64,000 nucleotides of DNA from an uncultured Gammaproteobacteria bacterium. GTDB lineage: Bacteria > Patescibacteriota > Microgenomatia > Levybacterales > UBA12049. The number at the start of each line of letters is the position of its first letter. Within the stretch, counting starts at the first letter, position 1. Under the pieces are notes generated by a model that worked only from the letters and a program-made list of their open reading frames with translations, was not told the DNA's origin and made no database searches. Position numbers and translations under genes: made by a program. Below are positions 1 to 8,985 of this stretch, in pieces. The stretch is taken from positions 185,420-249,419 of the forward strand of contig CAZFYA010000001.1 of the NCBI GenBank assembly GCA_964523705.1. The letters run 5' to 3'.

Positions 1-133
1 GTCCTCTTGGCGCTTCAATAAACCAATATTTTAAAAATACAAAAGGAAGTAATAAATAAAAACTAACCATAATAAAACGGCTACCAATTCTAGTGTAGAA
101 AGTTTTAAACTAAATTGCAATCTTAATTATCTT

Positions 134-2014
134 TTATTTTGGGGTGCAAATAAGAGGGCAAAAATGAATTGATTCTTGATCAGGTGTGCAATTTGGGTCT
201 ACTCTACAATCAAAAAAGGCCATTGGCGTTGGAGTTGGAGTATTTGTTGGTGTTGGCTTTCCTCCTTCAATTGGTGCTGTTGTTGGCGTTGGAGTTGGAG
301 TAAAGGTTGGGGTCGGAGTTTGCGTATCTACAATAGGACCAGTTCCTGAAAGCAACATCCTTACTGTTATTGCCGGATATGATGGCGAAGGACCTATTGA
401 TAAAACTTTACTAAATGGGTAGTTAACTCCATTTATTAGCCAGCTTAAATTATATTCTCCCGCAGTAAGGTTATTAAATTTAAAATATCCACTTGAATTT
501 GTTTGAGTTTTTAAAGCTTGTTGTCCGGTAATTGAAGTTTCCACGTTTGAATAACCTTGATCAATTCCGTCATCAATTTTACCGTTATTGTTTGTGTCTA
601 GATATACTTTTCCGTCAATATAATAATTTTGAGAGGGTAAATTAGGATCTGAAGGATTTGATGGATCTAATGGGTTATCACCTATTGGCTCTGGTTCAAT
701 CGGTGTAAGCCCAGAACATGCATTGAGAGTTTTAAATACATTTAATCTTTTACCAATTGGCCTATCTGTTGAGATAGGGTCTGCATTATCAACTAAACAT
801 GATTTTACCTGACTTGGCGAAAGCCCTGGATTAATTGATAAAAGAAGCGCTGCTGCTCCAACTACGTGAGGCGTTGCCATACTTGTTCCCTGTAATAATC
901 TATATGAACCACCAGGGGACGTAGAAAGAATTACATTTGCAGGTGTTTTTGTTGCAGCACTATTTCCACCGGGTGCTGCAATATCAACAACAGAACCATA
1001 ATTTGAATAATATGCTCGTTCATCGTTTGGGCCTGTTGCGCCAACTGCAATGACTCCATTACATGATGCAGGACTAAAATAAGAAGCATCTGTTTTACTG
1101 TTTCCGGCTGCAACAATTACACTTGCTCCTTTGTTTAAAGCGTAATTTACTACATCTTGTTGAGTTGCCGAACAAGGACTATTTGAACCTAGACTTAAAT
1201 TGATAGCTTTTGCTCCATTATCTACCGCATAAATTATTCCTGAATTTATCGCAGTTGTTGTACCTCTTCCTTGAGAATTCATTACCCTTACAGCAATAAT
1301 ACTAATATTCCAATTAATACCAGGGATTCCAATACTATCGTTTCCTGCTGCTCCTATTGTTCCTGCAACATGGGTTCCGTGATATTGATTATCCACCGCG
1401 CTTGAGGAGACACAATTTCCTGAAAGACAATCCGCTGCTAAAACCACCCTTCCATTAAATTCAGGATGACTCCCATCAACTCCGGTATCAACTACTGCAA
1501 TTTTTGTTTGAGAAGTTCCGGTACCAAGATTCCAGGCGTTTTGCATATCAATTTTTTTAAATGCCCATAATAATGAATAATCCGGATCGCTTGGAATAGC
1601 TTGAGTAGTAAAAATGTAATTTGGCTCTGCTACTTCAATTTCTTCAAACTCTAATAATTGATTAATCAAACCTTTAACATCTGTTCCCTTTTTTAGACTT
1701 AATAAGTAATATCTTGAAAGAACTGGATTATTTGATGTTTCATATACTTTTTCTTGAGAACTTATGCCTAAATCTTTAAGTTTGTTTTGAAATTCTAAAT
1801 TATCATTAAAACCGGTTTTGTATTTTACAATTACCTGATCTTCAACAAATTGAGCTGTAAAATTTTCTGCTTTTTTAGTTCCTTTAGGAAGAAAAATAAC
1901 TAGAAATATTAAAACAACGAGAACAAAAAAGCCAATTGAAAATAATATTTTTTTTCTTTTACTTAGGTTTTTAATCTTCTCAATCAACTTGATTGATGTA
2001 ATTTTTTTCCACAT
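134..2014 (-). CDS. Subtilisin-like serine protease (peptidase S8) with N-terminal membrane anchor, I9-type propeptide and Thr/Pro-rich, Cys-containing C-terminal tail
   Basis: Catalytic triad motifs VVDTGVDGSHPEF (Asp), HGTHVAGTIG (His) and GTSMATPHVVGAAALL (Ser). An N-terminal hydrophobic segment is followed by a propeptide-like region (QVIVKYKTG...AEPNYIF). The C-terminus carries PTPTFTPTPTPT repeats and CRVDPNC...FCPLIC. Confidence 0.85.
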   Translation of the reverse strand: MWKKITSIKLIEKIKNLSKRKKILFSIGFFVLVVLIFLVIFLPKGTKKAENFTAQFVEDQVIVKYKTGFNDNLEFQNKLKDLGISSQEKVYETSNNPVLSRYYLLSLKKGTDVKGLINQLLEFEEIEVAEPNYIFTTQAIPSDPDYSLLWAFKKIDMQNAWNLGTGTSQTKIAVVDTGVDGSHPEFNGRVVLAADCLSGNCVSSSAVDNQYHGTHVAGTIGAAGNDSIGIPGINWNISIIAVRVMNSQGRGTTTAINSGIIYAVDNGAKAINLSLGSNSPCSATQQDVVNYALNKGASVIVAAGNSKTDASYFSPASCNGVIAVGATGPNDERAYYSNYGSVVDIAAPGGNSAATKTPANVILSTSPGGSYRLLQGTSMATPHVVGAAALLLSINPGLSPSQVKSCLVDNADPISTDRPIGKRLNVFKTLNACSGLTPIEPEPIGDNPLDPSNPSDPNLPSQNYYIDGKVYLDTNNNGKIDDGIDQGYSNVETSITGQQALKTQTNSSGYFKFNNLTAGEYNLSWLINGVNYPFSKVLSIGPSPSYPAITVRMLLSGTGPIVDTQTPTPTFTPTPTPTTAPIEGGKPTPTNTPTPTPMAFFDCRVDPNCTPDQESIHFCPLICTPK

Positions 2015-2546
2015 TTTCTATTTCCGGTAATTTTTTTATCTCATCTATCATACTATCTAAATTTACATCTTTTTCAAAATTAATTATATAATAATTTTTA
2101 AGTGCAGAGCTTGACGATTCATACATTTTTTCTTCAGATATCATTCCTAAATCTGCAAGAATTTTATCAATTTCTGTTTTTCTATTAATTGATACCTCAT
2201 CCGGACCCATCCCCTGTTTATACTTAACTATTAATTCTCCTTCTACAACTTCCGGCGTTGGTAAAAGCCCATCAGCAGGGGTTGGTGAATTTGTTAAATT
2301 AGTAGTCGTGGTTGTAGTTGAAATATTAATTTTAATAGATTCCCCTTTTTCTTGATATTTAAAGTATGCAAAAGCAGTAATAGCTACAGTTATTAATAAA
2401 AATAAAATAATTATGGCAAGAAACAAAAGCTTTCGTTTTTTTGGTAAAGGATTTTCCTTATTAACCACTTCTTCATTGGGCCCTTGACTTGGAACTTGTG
2501 GTTGTTGGTTTTCAATTATTGGTGGAACTTGCTGATTATCTTCCAT
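1980..2546 (-). CDS. Membrane-anchored stand-alone subtilisin propeptide / peptidase-inhibitor I9-like protein (paralog of the propeptide of the adjacent subtilase)
   Basis: Gln/Pro-rich N-terminus, one TM helix, Thr-rich stretch, then GELIVKYKQG...LADLGMISEEKMYE...KNYIN. This aligns to VIVKYKTG...LKDLGISSQEKVYE...PNYIF of the subtilase pro-region. The stop overlaps the subtilase start. Confidence 0.5.
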   Translation of the reverse strand: MEDNQQVPPIIENQQPQVPSQGPNEEVVNKENPLPKKRKLLFLAIIILFLLITVAITAFAYFKYQEKGESIKINISTTTTTTNLTNSPTPADGLLPTPEVVEGELIVKYKQGMGPDEVSINRKTEIDKILADLGMISEEKMYESSSSALKNYYIINFEKDVNLDSMIDEIKKLPEIENVEKNYINQVD

Positions 2547-2549
2547 AGT

Positions 2550-5225
2550 TTAATTATTACTTGGTGACATTTGTGTTCCATCATTTCCCATTACCGGTGG
2601 CGAAGTTTGTGGTTCATCTTGAACTACTTGACCGTTAAATGGCTGATTTACATTCTGCTGTCCTGTTTGCTGATTAGGGTTTTCCTCCTGCCCTTGATTT
2701 TGCTGTTGTTGATTTTGTGGTTGCGCTACTTTTGTAAAAGTAAATTGCTCTTTTTGTTTATCATAATCAATTTTTATCTTATCCCCTGAAACAAATGTTT
2801 TATTGATTATTAAAATTGCAATAGGGTTTTCAATTGATGTTTGGATAAGTCTTCTTAAAGGCCTTGCTCCATAAATTGGATCATAACCATCTTTAGCAAG
2901 TATTGCTAATGCTTCAGGTGTTACTTCAATATCAAACCCTTGAGTTTTTAAAAGCTTGCCGGTTGCACTAATTCCTAATTTTGCAACCTCTACCATATTT
3001 TTTTGAGTTAATGGCTCAAAAACAACTACGCCATCAAATCTATTTAAAAGTTCCGGTTTAAAGAATTTCCTAAGTTCCTCAACTAATAACTTATTTAATT
3101 CTTTAAACTTTTTAGCAACCTTATCTTCTGTTGTTTCTTCAGGCTTTACTTCCTGTGCAGGCTTTGTTTTATCACTCTTTTTATCATCTTTTCCAACTCC
3201 TAGTAATTCTTGCTGAATTAAAGCGCTTCCAATATTTGAAGTGGCAATGATAATAGTATTTTTAAAAGAAATTGTATTTCCCTTGTTATCAGTTAGTCTT
3301 CCATCCTCAAGGAGCTGAAGCATTATGTTAAAAACATCCGGATGAGCTTTTTCTATTTCATCAAGAAGCACTATTGAATATGGTTTTGTTCTAACTGCTT
3401 CTGTTAATTGTCCTCCCTCTTCATAACCAACATAACCGGGTGGTGCACCAATAAGTTTTGCAACCTCATGTTTTTCCATGTATTCACTCATATCCAGTCT
3501 TACCATGACATCTTCTCTGCCAAATAAAATCTCTGCTATGGTTTTAGCAAGTTCGGTTTTACCTACCCCCGTTGGACCAAGAAAAATAAAGGAGGAGATT
3601 GGTCGATTCATACTTGATAAACCTATTCTTCCTCTTCTGACTGCTTCTGAAACAACTGAAACAGCATTTTCCTGATTTATCAGTCTTTTATGAATTGTGT
3701 CTTCTAAGTGAAGCAGTTTTTCGCTTTCATTTTCAGTCAGTTTGGTAATTGGAATTCCGGTCCAACTGCTAACCACTTTTTCTATGTCTTCTCTTTTAAT
3801 TTGATTATCTTGTCTTTTCCCCTCGTTTAATTGAAGCCGTACTTCAGCTGCAGCCTCATCTAAAAGGTCTACTGCTTTATCCGGAAGATACCTTTCTCCT
3901 ATATATCTTTTAGAAAGCTTAACAGATTGCTTAATTGCTTCAGGAGTCATTACAACCTTATGAAAAGCTTCATATTTTGGTTTTAAAACATTTAACATTT
4001 CTATTGCATCTTCTTCCGATGGTTCTTCAACTAAAACAGGCTGAAACCGTCTTTCAAACGCCTTATCTTTTTCAAAGTGTTTTCTATATTCAGTAGTTGT
4101 AGTTGTACCAATTATTTGAAGCTGACCCCTGGCTAGAAACGGCTTTATAATATTTGAGGCATCCATTGCACCATCTGTATCACCTGCTCCAATTAAAGTG
4201 TGCACTTCGTCTATAAATAGTATGATTACTCCGCTTGAGGCTTGAGTTTCTTTAATAACACTTCTTAATCTTTCTTCAAATTCACCTCTATGAGAGGCAC
4301 CGGCAACCAAAGAGGATAAATCAAGCTGAATTATTCTTTTATTAGCTAAGTCTTTTGGTGCTTTTCCAGAAACTATATCCATTGCTAAACCCTCTACAAT
4401 AGCTGTTTTCCCAACTCCTGCTTCCCCAATGATAATCGGGTTATTCTTGGTTCTTCTAAGTAAAATGTGGATAAGTCTTTGAACTTCTCTATCTCTTTTG
4501 GTAATTGGATCTAATTTTCCATCCTTTGCCTGTTGAGTTAAGTCAATCCCGAATTGCTCAAGTGATGATTTTTTCCCGTGCATAAAACCTGATGATTTAG
4601 AAAGCTTTTCTTCAATCTTATCCTTACTTAAACCCTGGGACTGAAGCTGACTTGAAATTTGTGAGTTAGCTGAAAAAAGAATAATTAAAACATCTTCAGG
4701 GGAGATAAACTCAACTCCTCTTTTTTTAACCTGTTGATAGGCTTTTTCAAAAATTTGTTTTGAATCTTGACCTAGAGTTGGTTGTCCTGTAAAACTTCCC
4801 ATTACTTCTTTTGCTTGAATTTCTTTTGAAAGCTTTGAAACATCAACTGAAAAATCCGAAAGTAATTTATATACTTCACTGTCAAAAAGAAGAGCAAGTA
4901 ATAATTGCTCAGGCTCAATTGTTGCTTGTTGAATTCTTTTTGTCTCTGCTTGCGCTTGAGTTAAAACTTGAGACATTCTTGTATCCAAGTGGGACATAAC
5001 TGACATGTCTTGTCTTGTTTCAGGATTTATATTTGAGCCAACAATATTTGCCTGTTGAGGTTGCTGGGGTTGTTGCGGTTGTTGAACAGCTGATGGTTGG
5101 TATTGTGGACCAACATTAGGAATAGGCTGTTGGGGAACACCAAAGCTATTAACTGGCATATTAGTAGCTGTATTTTCAGCCACTTTTTCGTCTTGTTTTT
5201 TACTTGAAAATAAATTTCCAAACAT
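2550..5225 (-). CDS. Clp/Hsp100-family AAA+ chaperone with Clp_N domain and two AAA+ modules; no long M-domain (ClpA/ClpC-like architecture). It has Gln-rich low-complexity N- and C-terminal extensions
   Basis: Walker A motifs GEAGVGKTAIVEGLA and GPTGVGKTELAKT, Walker B IILFIDEVH, sensor-2 GARPLRRLIQ. Only about 20 aa separate DEAAAEV from WTGIP, where ClpB has about 125 aa. QPQQPQQPQQ sits at the N-terminus and QNQQQQNQGQ at the C-terminus. Confidence 0.85.
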   Translation of the reverse strand: MFGNLFSSKKQDEKVAENTATNMPVNSFGVPQQPIPNVGPQYQPSAVQQPQQPQQPQQANIVGSNINPETRQDMSVMSHLDTRMSQVLTQAQAETKRIQQATIEPEQLLLALLFDSEVYKLLSDFSVDVSKLSKEIQAKEVMGSFTGQPTLGQDSKQIFEKAYQQVKKRGVEFISPEDVLIILFSANSQISSQLQSQGLSKDKIEEKLSKSSGFMHGKKSSLEQFGIDLTQQAKDGKLDPITKRDREVQRLIHILLRRTKNNPIIIGEAGVGKTAIVEGLAMDIVSGKAPKDLANKRIIQLDLSSLVAGASHRGEFEERLRSVIKETQASSGVIILFIDEVHTLIGAGDTDGAMDASNIIKPFLARGQLQIIGTTTTTEYRKHFEKDKAFERRFQPVLVEEPSEEDAIEMLNVLKPKYEAFHKVVMTPEAIKQSVKLSKRYIGERYLPDKAVDLLDEAAAEVRLQLNEGKRQDNQIKREDIEKVVSSWTGIPITKLTENESEKLLHLEDTIHKRLINQENAVSVVSEAVRRGRIGLSSMNRPISSFIFLGPTGVGKTELAKTIAEILFGREDVMVRLDMSEYMEKHEVAKLIGAPPGYVGYEEGGQLTEAVRTKPYSIVLLDEIEKAHPDVFNIMLQLLEDGRLTDNKGNTISFKNTIIIATSNIGSALIQQELLGVGKDDKKSDKTKPAQEVKPEETTEDKVAKKFKELNKLLVEELRKFFKPELLNRFDGVVVFEPLTQKNMVEVAKLGISATGKLLKTQGFDIEVTPEALAILAKDGYDPIYGARPLRRLIQTSIENPIAILIINKTFVSGDKIKIDYDKQKEQFTFTKVAQPQNQQQQNQGQEENPNQQTGQQNVNQPFNGQVVQDEPQTSPPVMGNDGTQMSPSNN

Positions 5226-5258
5226 ATTTATTAGCGTACCAGTTTTTTTATAAAAATA

Positions 5259-7700
5259 CTAATTTTTTACTGTCTCTTTTTTATCCTCTTTTGGTATCTC
5301 CGCCTTTGCTTCAGCGTGCATTTTTTTAGGCTCCTCATGTTTCCTTCGAGTTGCATCAACCATGGTTTCTTCCTCTTCTTCTTTTTTGCCAAGTTCCGCA
5401 AATACTGTTTTTGCTGCTTCAAGTTTTGCTTTAAGATAAGCAATTACCTCGGTTTGAGAAAATCCTCCGATAAGAAGGAATGGCAAGATTGTTCCAACCT
5501 CCTCCATGCCTTTATTAACATTTTTATTATCAGATGAGGCTAAAAGATTAATTGTTTCATCAATTTTATCCATGTCTTCTTTTACCCATTCTTCTCTACT
5601 TCTTACTTTCCCCTCAAGAGCCTTTGGCACTTCTAGCTCATGATAATTTTCAGTCCAAATCTTTTTAACTGATTCATAGTCATCAATATTTACAGACTGT
5701 ACTCTGTTTACCACCGGGAAGGTTTCATGAGTTTCGCCAAGCTCTGTAATTCCTGCTTGTTGTAAAACCTGACTGGCAATACTACTTCCTCTTTCTTTTG
5801 CTTCTTTAAGTTTTTGCCTTAAATCCTCACTTATTTCTCCATCTCCCTTATCAACTGTTGCCAAAATGGATGTAGCCAGCGTATCCCCATTTGCTTTTGC
5901 TTTTAATAACTCCTCTTTAAGCTCGGTTGCTTTTTGCTTATCATAAGCTGAAGCGATTTTGTCCGGTTTTGCCAACTGGTTAATAACTTCTGTTAGCTTT
6001 GCATTTTCAGCTGCCTGACCAAGAACCTTTGAGGGCGAAGCACCTGAAGCAATGTTTGACGCTGTAATAACTGAATTTGCAAGATTATTTCCCTTAAGTT
6101 TTTCTGCAACCAATTGATTTTTAACCGATGAATATTTCTCTCGCTCGCTACTTGAGCTAATTCCCTTAGGATTAGCTATTTTTTCTAAAGTTTCATGCAT
6201 CTTAGCAACATTTTGTCTCCTGCTAAGGTCATGGGACATTAAAGAAGTTTCATATCTTGCAATATCTGACATTGTTGGAATACTAAGGTTTGATAAATTG
6301 GCAATACGGGCATTTGCCTGGTTTATGTTCATATTAGCTGCTTGAGACATAAAGCTTGCGGCATCTGCCTTAACTTCTGGGATCTCAATTTTTGCACCAA
6401 ACGGAAGTCTTTTAGCAAGCCCTGCACCAAACGGCTTAACTGGCAGTGGCTGCTGCGGAGGAGGAGATGAAGGATTTACTTTTGCCATTAAATTAGAGCC
6501 TCTGGCTGCTAATTGCTTAAACCAATTATCCTCTCCTTCGCTTAAGGAATTAATATAATCGAGAAATATCTGTAAAAGTAAAAAGGGAAGAATTATAACT
6601 ACCCAAAGCATAAGAAGAGCAACAATATATAGAGCAAAAGTATCTTTATTGTTAACACTATTTGTTAAAGATAAGATTTGCTGTGGTCCGCCAAGTAAGA
6701 TATTTATAGCTGTTGGGTAAATAACTTCTGTATTTTTAGGAAAGTTTAGAGGTATATTTGTGTCTGATCGCCATATTTGAACAAGACCGGCTAAAAATAT
6801 TGCAAATAATGGACCGTATAATAACCAGCGGAAAAATTCACCAACCCAAATTTTAGCTGTGTTTCGAATCGGCGAATAAAACAAAAGAAGCGGGAAAATC
6901 GGCGAGATGATAATAAAGAACCATAAGATTATTTTTCTTAAAATTAAAATTCCAGACATTACATAATACGTTAAAGCAGTTAGTTTTACCAAAAGAAGTG
7001 AGATAAAAACAGATTCATCAAATTCCGGTCCGTAAATTCTAAAACCTTGAAAATCCTTGTAATTAAAGCCGATATTTAAAAGGTTTTTTTGAGAAATACA
7101 ACTACTAACATTAGTAGTACTACAAGTTTGACTAGCTCCAGGCACTGTTAAGAAAAAGCCCTGAATAATATCCATTACTTGGTAAATAAACTGAATTAGA
7201 GCAAAGGAAAAAGTAATTAAAAGTACAATTAAAATAAATCTTGGAATAAAACGCATTACCGTAATGTTTTTACCTCTGGTAACAATCAGCACAAATGCTG
7301 TTCCTAGAATGAATAGAATTAAAAAGGCATAAGTAATATTTCTAATATTTGCCCAAAAGGCAGCAATTGGATTTTGTTGTCCTTCTCCTACATAAGACCA
7401 GTTATATCGCTGTAGTGTCCAATCCAAAAACTCTCCTGATCTGGCCCCTGCTTTTCCAACAAAAGTAACATCAGCATCTCTTATCCATTGTCCTTCAGGA
7501 CTTGTTTCATCAGCTAAAACTTCTTTTACAGGTTCTTGTTCTTCTGATAAAACAGGGGATTCAACTAAATCATAAGATTCTTCCTGTTGCTGTATATCTT
7601 GTTGAGGCATTGGTGTTTGAGCAGAAACAGAAAATGAACTAAACAGAAAGATTGTTAAAAATAAAAATGTAGTAAAAACCAGGGCAGTTAGTTTTTTCAT
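5259..7700 (-). CDS. Large polytopic membrane protein: signal peptide, about 100-aa exported domain, at least 7 TM helices, about 400-aa C-terminal charged coiled-coil domain; tentatively VirB6/TrbL-like
   Basis: Signal peptide MKKLTALVFTTFLFLTIFLFSSFSVSAQ. Multiple long hydrophobic helices fall in residues about 120-400. The C-terminal half is rich in K/E/A heptad-like sequence. It lies 5 nt downstream of the small 2-TM protein. Confidence 0.6.
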   Translation of the reverse strand: MKKLTALVFTTFLFLTIFLFSSFSVSAQTPMPQQDIQQQEESYDLVESPVLSEEQEPVKEVLADETSPEGQWIRDADVTFVGKAGARSGEFLDWTLQRYNWSYVGEGQQNPIAAFWANIRNITYAFLILFILGTAFVLIVTRGKNITVMRFIPRFILIVLLITFSFALIQFIYQVMDIIQGFFLTVPGASQTCSTTNVSSCISQKNLLNIGFNYKDFQGFRIYGPEFDESVFISLLLVKLTALTYYVMSGILILRKIILWFFIIISPIFPLLLFYSPIRNTAKIWVGEFFRWLLYGPLFAIFLAGLVQIWRSDTNIPLNFPKNTEVIYPTAINILLGGPQQILSLTNSVNNKDTFALYIVALLMLWVVIILPFLLLQIFLDYINSLSEGEDNWFKQLAARGSNLMAKVNPSSPPPQQPLPVKPFGAGLAKRLPFGAKIEIPEVKADAASFMSQAANMNINQANARIANLSNLSIPTMSDIARYETSLMSHDLSRRQNVAKMHETLEKIANPKGISSSSEREKYSSVKNQLVAEKLKGNNLANSVITASNIASGASPSKVLGQAAENAKLTEVINQLAKPDKIASAYDKQKATELKEELLKAKANGDTLATSILATVDKGDGEISEDLRQKLKEAKERGSSIASQVLQQAGITELGETHETFPVVNRVQSVNIDDYESVKKIWTENYHELEVPKALEGKVRSREEWVKEDMDKIDETINLLASSDNKNVNKGMEEVGTILPFLLIGGFSQTEVIAYLKAKLEAAKTVFAELGKKEEEEETMVDATRRKHEEPKKMHAEAKAEIPKEDKKETVKN

Positions 7701-7705
7701 AAATT

Positions 7706-7999
7706 TTAGCTAAATCCGGGAATTTGCAGTACATCAACTGCAATTACTTCAATAAAAACATAACCAAAAACCGCTAATAATAAGCCAATGATTGCATATA
7801 TAATATAGCTTTTTCCCTCTTTTAATCTATCGGGATTTCCTCTTGAGGTGGTAATTATATAACCACCATAAATAATAAAAATTAAAGCAACTCCACCAAT
7901 TAAGCCTAAGCCAATACCGTAAAACTTGGACACAAAGCCGGGAACTGTGTTTGGAATACAACCAAGCTCTGTCCAAGTCTCATTTACTTGACAGTTCAT
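7706..7999 (-). CDS. Small 97-aa two-TM membrane protein with N-terminal Cys pair; tentatively TrbC/VirB2-type pilin-like
   Basis: MNCQVNETWTELGCIPN, then helix FYGIGLGLIGGVALIFIIYGGYII, a short charged loop RGNPDRLKEGKS, and helix YIIYAIIGLLLAVFGYVFIEVIA. It lies between dnaJ and the 813-aa membrane protein with 26-nt and 5-nt gaps. Confidence 0.55.
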   Translation of the reverse strand: MNCQVNETWTELGCIPNTVPGFVSKFYGIGLGLIGGVALIFIIYGGYIITTSRGNPDRLKEGKSYIIYAIIGLLLAVFGYVFIEVIAVDVLQIPGFS

Positions 8000-8025
8000 A
8001 AATAAATCGTAGCATATTTTAGGGG

Positions 8026-8916
8026 TTAAAACCAGCTTCTTTTTTTGGTGTTTTCTTTGTCAAACTCCTCTAAAATTGACTTTTGTTTTGAGGTTAAATG
8101 TTTTGGAACAGTAACTTTAATTTTTACATAGTGGTCTCCCTTACCAGAACCTCTTACATGTTTTATGCCTTTTTGAGCAAGTCTGATAATGGTTTGCGGT
8201 TGAGTACCCGAGGGGATTCTAATTTTTACAATTCCATCAACTGTTTCAATTTCTTCCTGTCCGCCTAGAGCTGCTTTAGAAAATGGAATTTCTTTTTCCG
8301 AAACTACATCATATCCTTGTCTTTGAAATTTTTTATCCGGTCTAACCCTAACTATTACATCGTAATCTCCAAAACTTATCCTTGAACCATTATCAATGCC
8401 TTGGGGAATTTTTACAGTTTGCTCTCTCCCATCAATTGAAATTCTTTTCTGTACTCCTTTAACCGCTTCCATAAAATCAATAGTTAAAGAATAGGTTGGT
8501 TTTCTTTGTCGTCTGCCAAAAGGTGATGCTCCGCCAAAAAATTGCTCAAAAATCTCAAAAGGATCTGTAAATCCACCAAAATCAAAATCTCCGCCCTGAT
8601 TAGAAGTTGTATAGGTATAAGTAAAAGGACCATATTGTCCACCAAACGGACCGCCACCCCCAAATGGACCTTGTCCTCCTGGCCCTCCCTGTTCAAAAGC
8701 TTGATGCCCAAACTGATCGTAAGTTTGTCTTTTTTGAGGATCTGATAAAACTTCGTATGCTTTAGTTACTTCTTTAAATTTTTGCTCTGCTTCTTTTCCC
8801 TTATTTCTATCCGGATGGTACTGCAAAGCTAATTTTCGATAAGCTTTTTTTATTTCATCAGCCGTTGCTGATTTTGTAAGACCAAGTGTTTGATAATAAT
8901 CTTTTGTAGCTGCCAT
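8026..8916 (-). CDS. dnaJ: DnaJ-family J-domain co-chaperone, class II (CbpA-like; no CxxCxGxG zinc finger)
   Basis: J domain DYYQTLGL...YRKLALQYHPDRNKG with HPD motif, then a Gly/Phe-rich region and a C-terminal substrate-binding domain. It sits last in the hrcA-grpE-dnaK-dnaJ order. A TAA stop was verified. Confidence 0.8.
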   Translation of the reverse strand: MAATKDYYQTLGLTKSATADEIKKAYRKLALQYHPDRNKGKEAEQKFKEVTKAYEVLSDPQKRQTYDQFGHQAFEQGGPGGQGPFGGGGPFGGQYGPFTYTYTTSNQGGDFDFGGFTDPFEIFEQFFGGASPFGRRQRKPTYSLTIDFMEAVKGVQKRISIDGREQTVKIPQGIDNGSRISFGDYDVIVRVRPDKKFQRQGYDVVSEKEIPFSKAALGGQEEIETVDGIVKIRIPSGTQPQTIIRLAQKGIKHVRGSGKGDHYVKIKVTVPKHLTSKQKSILEEFDKENTKKRSWF

Positions 8917-8934
8917 AAACTCTATTATATTATA

Positions 8935-8959
8935 AAAGGCGCATACTCCTTGCGCCTTT
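8935..8959 (-). terminator. Intra-operon hairpin (9-bp perfect stem AAAGGCGCA/TGCGCCTTT, 7-nt loop) between the dnaK tail and dnaJ; possible attenuator/partial terminator
   Basis: The sequence aaaggcgcatactccttgcgccttt can be seen directly. It is flanked by A/T-rich sequence on both strands. Confidence 0.4.
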
Positions 8960-8985
8960 ATTAACTCAATTTTTTAATTTTTTCT

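Noticed and set aside
186-422. 78-aa + strand ORF full of GVGVGV repeats
   Set aside because: It is the reverse-complement reading of the TPTPTPT linker of the minus-strand subtilase gene. Composition artefact, not a gene.
2550-5225. Calling the Hsp100 gene clpB on the basis of operon context
   Set aside because: The linker between NBD1 and NBD2 is far too short for the ClpB M-domain. The architecture is ClpA/ClpC-like, so the gene symbol was left empty.
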